Shown: one piece after another, positions 59,582 to 64,000 of the stretch
Numbering within the stretch: the stretch's first letter is position 1
How the letters are laid out: each line of letters opens with the position of its first letter
Source of the DNA: an uncultured Acidobacteriota bacterium
GTDB lineage: Bacteria > Acidobacteriota > Thermoanaerobaculia > UBA5066
Assembly: GCA_963779415.1 (NCBI GenBank)
Contig: CAVZYA010000001.1
Location: 672,001 to 736,000, forward strand
Reading direction: 5' to 3'
DNA: 64,000 nt
Program-made: the position numbers and the translations under genes
Notes under the pieces: generated by a model
Told to the model about the DNA's origin: nothing
Seen by the model: only the letters and a program-made list of their open reading frames with translations
The model's database searches: none

Positions 59582-61152
59582 TTCCTCTCCGCGTCCGAAT
59601 CCGGATTATCGCTCTCCGCCCGGGGCAGACATACGTGAATGACGGTCCCCTTGCCGGGCGCGCTCGTGACCTGGATGTCGCCCCCGAATTTCCGGACGAT
59701 GCCGAGGCTGACCGAGAGGCCGAGGCCCGTCCCCTTCCCGGGCTCCTTGGTCGTGAAGAAGGGATCGAAGATGCGGGGGATGGCTTCGGCGGGGATGCCG
59801 ACTCCCTCGTCCCGGACCTCCACGCAGACCTTTCCCTCTTCCCGGCATCCCGCGCTCACATGAAGCCGGCCGCCCCCCGGCATCGCCTGAATGGCGTTCA
59901 GGAACAGGTTCAGAAAAACCTGCCGAAGCTGGTTCATCGCTCCCTTCACGCGGGGAAGGTCGGGAAGGAGATCGGACGAGAAGGCGACGTTGTTGATCAC
60001 CATTTCGTTCTGTGCGAGGCGGACCGTCGACGCGATCACGTCGGCAAGATCGAGGGAGACCATCTCCGGCTTCTCCTGGCGGGTGAAGTCGAGGAGGCTC
60101 TTGACGATTTCGCCGGCCCGCTCCGTCTCGAAGTAGATGTCCGAAAGGAGACGCCATTTCTCCTCGTCGCCGAGCCGCGGCAGGTCCTCCATGAGCGCCT
60201 CGGTCGTGATGGCGATGTTGTTCAGGGGGTTGTTCAGCTCGTGGGCGATCCCCGAGGTGAGGGTCCCCACGGCCGCCAGCTTGGCCGCCTTCACGCCGCG
60301 GTCCTGCTGCGCCCGGAGCTCCGCCAGCATCTCGTTGACGGCGAGGGCGAGGTTCGTGAACTCGTCGCGGTACGTTCGGGCCGGCGAGATGAGCGAGAAG
60401 TCGCCGGCGGCGATCCGGCTCGTGTAGCCGCGGAACCTCCGGATGGGAACGTCGAGCGCCCGGGCGATCGAGTAGATGATGGCGCCGAAGAGGGCCACGA
60501 GCAGGCCGATCAGGACCGGAGGGGCGATCCGGGCCACCTCGAGCGTTCGCATCGCGGAGGAGCGCTCCTCGGCAATGAGGGCATCGAGGAGCCGGCCGAC
60601 CTCCATCTCCTTCTCCCGGACGATCTTCCCGCGCGGCGAAACGAGACCCGGGCCTTCGGCATTTCTCTCCATGAGCGCCTGATTGGCCTCGAGGAGGCTC
60701 CGGTAGGTCTCGAGACGGTCGAGAAGCCTGCGGTAGAGCGGCGCTTCGGCGTCCGGAACGGCGCGTGAGGCATCCCGGAGGAGCGCCGCGGCGGCGCCGA
60801 CGTCCCGAAGGATCTGACGCCCCTGGCTCGCCGTGAGAGCCCCCTCGCTCTCCAGCGCCCGGGCCCTGAGAATGCCAGCGCTCAGCTCCTCGGTCGCTTC
60901 CAGAAGGGCGAGCTTGGCCCGGACCTTGCCGAGCATCCCGCCGACGGCGATCGAGAAGGCGCAGCAGAGTCCGAGGCAGAGCGCGAGCCGCGTGACGAGG
61001 CGCAGCCGGATGCTGACGTGGGGGCGGGCGAGGAGTGCGTGCTGCGCCTCCCGAAGCTGGCCTGCGAGCTCCGCTCCCAGCCTGTCCGGACGCAGCCCGG
61101 TCTCCCGATCGGCCCGCGTCGTCCCGCCGGCGGTGGGGGCGGCCCCCGTCAC
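59578..61152 (-). CDS. HAMP histidine kinase (start uncertain)
   Basis: 3' part of ORF 59578..63093; [35 protein letters not shown]. Confidence 0.85.
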   Translation of the reverse strand: MTGAAPTAGGTTRADRETGLRPDRLGAELAGQLREAQHALLARPHVSIRLRLVTRLALCLGLCCAFSIAVGGMLGKVRAKLALLEATEELSAGILRARALESEGALTASQGRQILRDVGAAAALLRDASRAVPDAEAPLYRRLLDRLETYRSLLEANQALMERNAEGPGLVSPRGKIVREKEMEVGRLLDALIAEERSSAMRTLEVARIAPPVLIGLLVALFGAIIYSIARALDVPIRRFRGYTSRIAAGDFSLISPARTYRDEFTNLALAVNEMLAELRAQQDRGVKAAKLAAVGTLTSGIAHELNNPLNNIAITTEALMEDLPRLGDEEKWRLLSDIYFETERAGEIVKSLLDFTRQEKPEMVSLDLADVIASTVRLAQNEMVINNVAFSSDLLPDLPRVKGAMNQLRQVFLNLFLNAIQAMPGGGRLHVSAGCREEGKVCVEVRDEGVGIPAEAIPRIFDPFFTTKEPGKGTGLGLSVSLGIVRKFGGDIQVTSAPGKGTVIHVCLPRAESDNPDSDAERK

Positions 61153-61163
61153 GGGAATGTCGA

Positions 61164-62051
61164 TCAGCCCGCCTCCAGGTCCGTCAACCCCTTGTCGGTC
61201 CGGATGAGGGTGCCGAGCTTCTGAACCTGCCGGTGACTCTTGAGATAGCCGGAAGCTCCTACGATGACGAGGCCGAGGCTGAAGAGAACGAGAGCCCCGT
61301 CGAAAAGGCTCCACCACGAGACTCCGAAGGCCCGGAAGAGGACGATTCCGAAGGTGAGCAGGGCGAGACCGGTCCGGAGCAGCGCGAGATAGGTCCTCTC
61401 CCGGGCCATCTCGGTCCTCTGAAAGGAGAGCCGGGTGCGCGACGCCGCGCGGATGGTCCGGGTCGTCGCGAGCACGTTCCGCTCGCCGGCGAGGTCCGTC
61501 CGCCGGACGGAGTAGCCGGTGCGCTCCTCGGCGAGCCGGTTCCGGTCCCGTGCGAGGTCGGTGCGCGTGGAGGAAAGCACCGTCCGCTCGTTCGCCAGAC
61601 CGGTGCGCTGCCTCGCAAGCCCCGTCCGGTCTTCTGCGAGAAGCGTTCGCGACTGCGCCAGGCCGGTGCGTCCTTCGGCCAGCGACGTGCGGCGGCGAGC
61701 CATCTCGGTCCGGGCCACCGCCAGGTCGGTTCGTTCTCCGGCAAGGGAAGTCCGTTCGCGACCGAGCTCGGTCCGGATATTGGCGAGTTCGGTGCTTCGG
61801 GTGGAGAGGCGCGTCTGCTCGCGGGTCAGCGCGGTCCGCTCCTGGGCCATGGCGGTCTGTCGTTCCGTCAGGCCGGTCGTGCTGGAGGTGAAGCCCAGAA
61901 GGTGGTCTCCGGTCTCGCTCGAATGCCGGAGCAATTCGTTTCGGGCGGCGGCCAGATTGACCAGCGACTCCTCGGCCTCGGCGGCTCGCGCGAGGAAATC
62001 CCGGATCGCTTCGAGGTAGACGCGGCGGCTGGAGTCGTCTGTCGTGGGCAT
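61164..62051 (-). CDS. DUF202-family membrane protein with long heptad-repeat coiled coil
   Basis: About 24 RTxLAxx heptads running into ERTYLALLRTGLALLTFG and two TM helices. Confidence 0.8.
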   Translation of the reverse strand: MPTTDDSSRRVYLEAIRDFLARAAEAEESLVNLAAARNELLRHSSETGDHLLGFTSSTTGLTERQTAMAQERTALTREQTRLSTRSTELANIRTELGRERTSLAGERTDLAVARTEMARRRTSLAEGRTGLAQSRTLLAEDRTGLARQRTGLANERTVLSSTRTDLARDRNRLAEERTGYSVRRTDLAGERNVLATTRTIRAASRTRLSFQRTEMARERTYLALLRTGLALLTFGIVLFRAFGVSWWSLFDGALVLFSLGLVIVGASGYLKSHRQVQKLGTLIRTDKGLTDLEAG

Positions 62052-62084
62052 GGATGAACTCCCGGCGGACGTTGGCGCTCGATG

Positions 62085-62897
62085 TCAACCGTCGAAACTC
62101 GACGCACATCCGGGCTGGTACTCGACGGCCTCGACGCCCTCGACCGCCCGCACGACGTCGAGAACGTCGGAGAGCTGGTGATCTTCCAAGAACGGCCCTT
62201 CGAGCAGGACGTTCCGCTCCCGGGTTCGCGCGGCAATCTCCCAGGCGAGCGTCCGGGGATCGCTCACCAGCGCGGCCTCGACGCTGACCGAGAGGAAAAG
62301 CTCCTGGAAGGCCTTCGCGGTCTCGGGTGTCGGCTGGAAGTCCTTCTCCCCGAGGCCCGCCGCGATAGACACGCAGGCGGTCTCCACCGACATTCTCTCG
62401 AGCGAGACGCAAATGTCGTAGAGATTGGGATCCCGGATATCCCGCCCGTACATGAAGCGTCCCCAGCGGACCCGCTCCTCGTCTTCCCGGAGGACGGCTT
62501 CCCGCGCCTCGCCCTCGGGGAGTCCGAGCCGCCGGATCGCGTTCCGGACCCGAAGTGTCATCGGGGCGTTCGCCCGGACACGCATGCAGCACGGCACGGC
62601 TGGCACGAGCAGGTGGCTCGCATACCCGGCATAGACGACATTTCTCTCGGCGATGAACCCGAGCAGGGCCCGCCGCATCAGGACGAGATAGGGGCGGCGG
62701 AGCTGGCCGAACTGGTCGTACGCGCGGGTGGCGTGGTCCAGGCTCGCCCGGACCTTCTTCGCATGCTCCCCCTGGGCATCGACAACCTCGATGAGATCCT
62801 CGCGACAGACGTAGCGGAGGGAGAGACGCTCTGCGAGGCAGCGAGCCAACGCCTCCCCGCCCGACATCGTGCCGCGAGATATGAGGACGACAGACAA
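62085..62897 (-). CDS. Cytidylate-kinase-like family protein with BON-like tail
   Basis: TTG start at 62897; VVLISRGTMSGG..LA..L, DEERVRWGRFMYG.D..DPNLYD. Confidence 0.78.
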   Translation of the reverse strand: MSVVLISRGTMSGGEALARCLAERLSLRYVCREDLIEVVDAQGEHAKKVRASLDHATRAYDQFGQLRRPYLVLMRRALLGFIAERNVVYAGYASHLLVPAVPCCMRVRANAPMTLRVRNAIRRLGLPEGEAREAVLREDEERVRWGRFMYGRDIRDPNLYDICVSLERMSVETACVSIAAGLGEKDFQPTPETAKAFQELFLSVSVEAALVSDPRTLAWEIAARTRERNVLLEGPFLEDHQLSDVLDVVRAVEGVEAVEYQPGCASSFDG

Positions 62898-62926
62898 ACT
62901 TCCCCCAGAAACCCGCGGACGGAAAA

Positions 62927-62941
62927 GCAAGGTCGCTGCCA
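62927..62941 (-). promoter_or_regulatory. Sigma54 -24/-12 promoter
   Basis: Minus strand TGGCAG-CGACC-TTGC, 30 nt upstream of the TTG start. Confidence 0.68.
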
Positions 62942-63017
62942 ACGGCGGCGAGCGTCGGAACGCATTCCAGCGAGCGGCTCTCCCGGCGGAAGGAAAACCG
63001 ACGGCGCGGCGATCTCC

Positions 63018-63052
63018 GTAACGAGGGTCGAGGGCTGTAACCCCGAGGTAAC
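63018..63052. promoter_or_regulatory. GTAAC-N6-GTAAC motif
   Basis: GTAAC at 63018, 63037 and 63048 (last two 11 nt apart). Confidence 0.55.
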
Positions 63053-63277
63053 GGCCCTCGCGCATTCCGCAACCGGGACTGCCCAACCTCCACGCAGCGG
63101 CACGCCCTCGACTACCTCAACCTGAACGCCCGGCTCGCGTATCACTCTGCCATGGTGGATGCCTTCGTCTCCCCCGTTCCGGAGAACAACTTCGAGAACT
63201 TCCGCTACGCCGCCTTCTCCCAGGGATTCCGGAGGCGGCCGCGACTCTTTCCGTTCGCGTGGTAGCCTGAGCTGGCG

Positions 63278-63958
63278 ATGTCTCCCGACGAGTTCTCCGC
63301 CGTCGCCTCCCTGACCCGCAACTTCTCCGCCGAGCCCGAAGGGTTCCATACCGCCATGGCGCATCTTTACCGCGGCGAGATGCAGCGGATGACGGTATGG
63401 CGAAACCGGCTCGACACGACGAGCAACTGGGCCATCCTCCTGACGACGGGAATGACGACCTTTTCGCTCGGCTCCACGGCCATCCCCCACTACATCCTCC
63501 TCCTCTGCCTGGCGCTGATCGGAATCTGCATGGTGATCGAGGCGCGCCGCTACCGGCACATGCTCCACAGCAAGTGGCGCGTGCATTTCCTCGAGGCGCA
63601 CTACTTCGGCCACCATCTCTGCCCGAGCGAGCCGGTGCCGGACCCGAACTGGAGGTATCGGCTTGCGGAGGACCTGAGAAGACCGGTCCTGCAGACCTCC
63701 TTGCTGATGGCTTTCCGACTCCGGCTGCGGCGCAATTACCTGATGCTCGTCTACTTCATCAGCGCCGTCTGGCTGACCAAGATCTTCCTCCATCCGGTCG
63801 GCGCGAAGACCGTGTACGAGTTCCACGAGCGGCTCGCCGTGGGCGAGATGATCGCGAGCTGGTTCGTCGCCGTCACCGCCGGTCTCTTCGTTCTGACATG
63901 CACGGTGCTTGCGGTGCTGACGCCAAGCGAGGAGAAGCTGGGAGAGGAACCCGGGTAG
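63278..63958 (+). CDS. DUF2270-family membrane protein
   Basis: HLYRGEMQRMTVWRNRLDTTSNWA, IEARRYR, RLRRNY. Confidence 0.82.
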   Translation: MSPDEFSAVASLTRNFSAEPEGFHTAMAHLYRGEMQRMTVWRNRLDTTSNWAILLTTGMTTFSLGSTAIPHYILLLCLALIGICMVIEARRYRHMLHSKWRVHFLEAHYFGHHLCPSEPVPDPNWRYRLAEDLRRPVLQTSLLMAFRLRLRRNYLMLVYFISAVWLTKIFLHPVGAKTVYEFHERLAVGEMIASWFVAVTAGLFVLTCTVLAVLTPSEEKLGEEPG

Positions 63959-64000
63959 CTTCGAGCTCATGGAAGGACGTCGCGCAGCGGACCTGTTGAG

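Noticed and set aside
59578-63093. 1171-aa giant histidine kinase
   Set aside because: Upstream portion is an alternative frame over the DUF202 and CMK-like genes; only the part below about 61150 is kinase-like

Overview
High-GC bacterial window that is almost entirely a dissimilatory sulfur-metabolism island. The core (about 23.4-54.1 kb) has dsrM2K2, dsrAB-dsrD-dsrL-dsrN-(HEAT)-(TPR)-dsrC-dsrT-dsrMKJOP, a persulfide-reductase/rhodanese fusion, hemA and cysG on the minus strand, and aprBA-(Zn ribbon)-(YkgJ)-qmoABC-sat-rrf2 on the plus strand. This gene set resembles dsrL-containing Acidobacteriota-type sulfate reducers (taxonomy is inference only). Both flanks carry a dense signalling/transport network: four anion-transporter families, five histidine kinases plus one degenerate kinase, six stand-alone receiver proteins, one sigma54 activator, a PEP-synthase-like phosphotransferase and three cytidylate-kinase-like paralogs. 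Direct reading of the DNA shows five sigma54 -24/-12 promoters (including those of dsrA and aprB), each with an upstream GTNAC-N6-GTAAC-like motif. It also shows a SulP with a CxxCH insert and four 151-aa STAS repeats, a DUF202 protein with about 24 heptad repeats, and an integrase-less integron remnant (attI-like site, two cassettes, both attC sites hit by IS1111/IS110-type ends) at 17.5-19.7 kb. Single-base frameshifts in dsrL, qmoA, qmoB and one kinase look like sequencing indels. All family calls come from motif recognition, not database searches.
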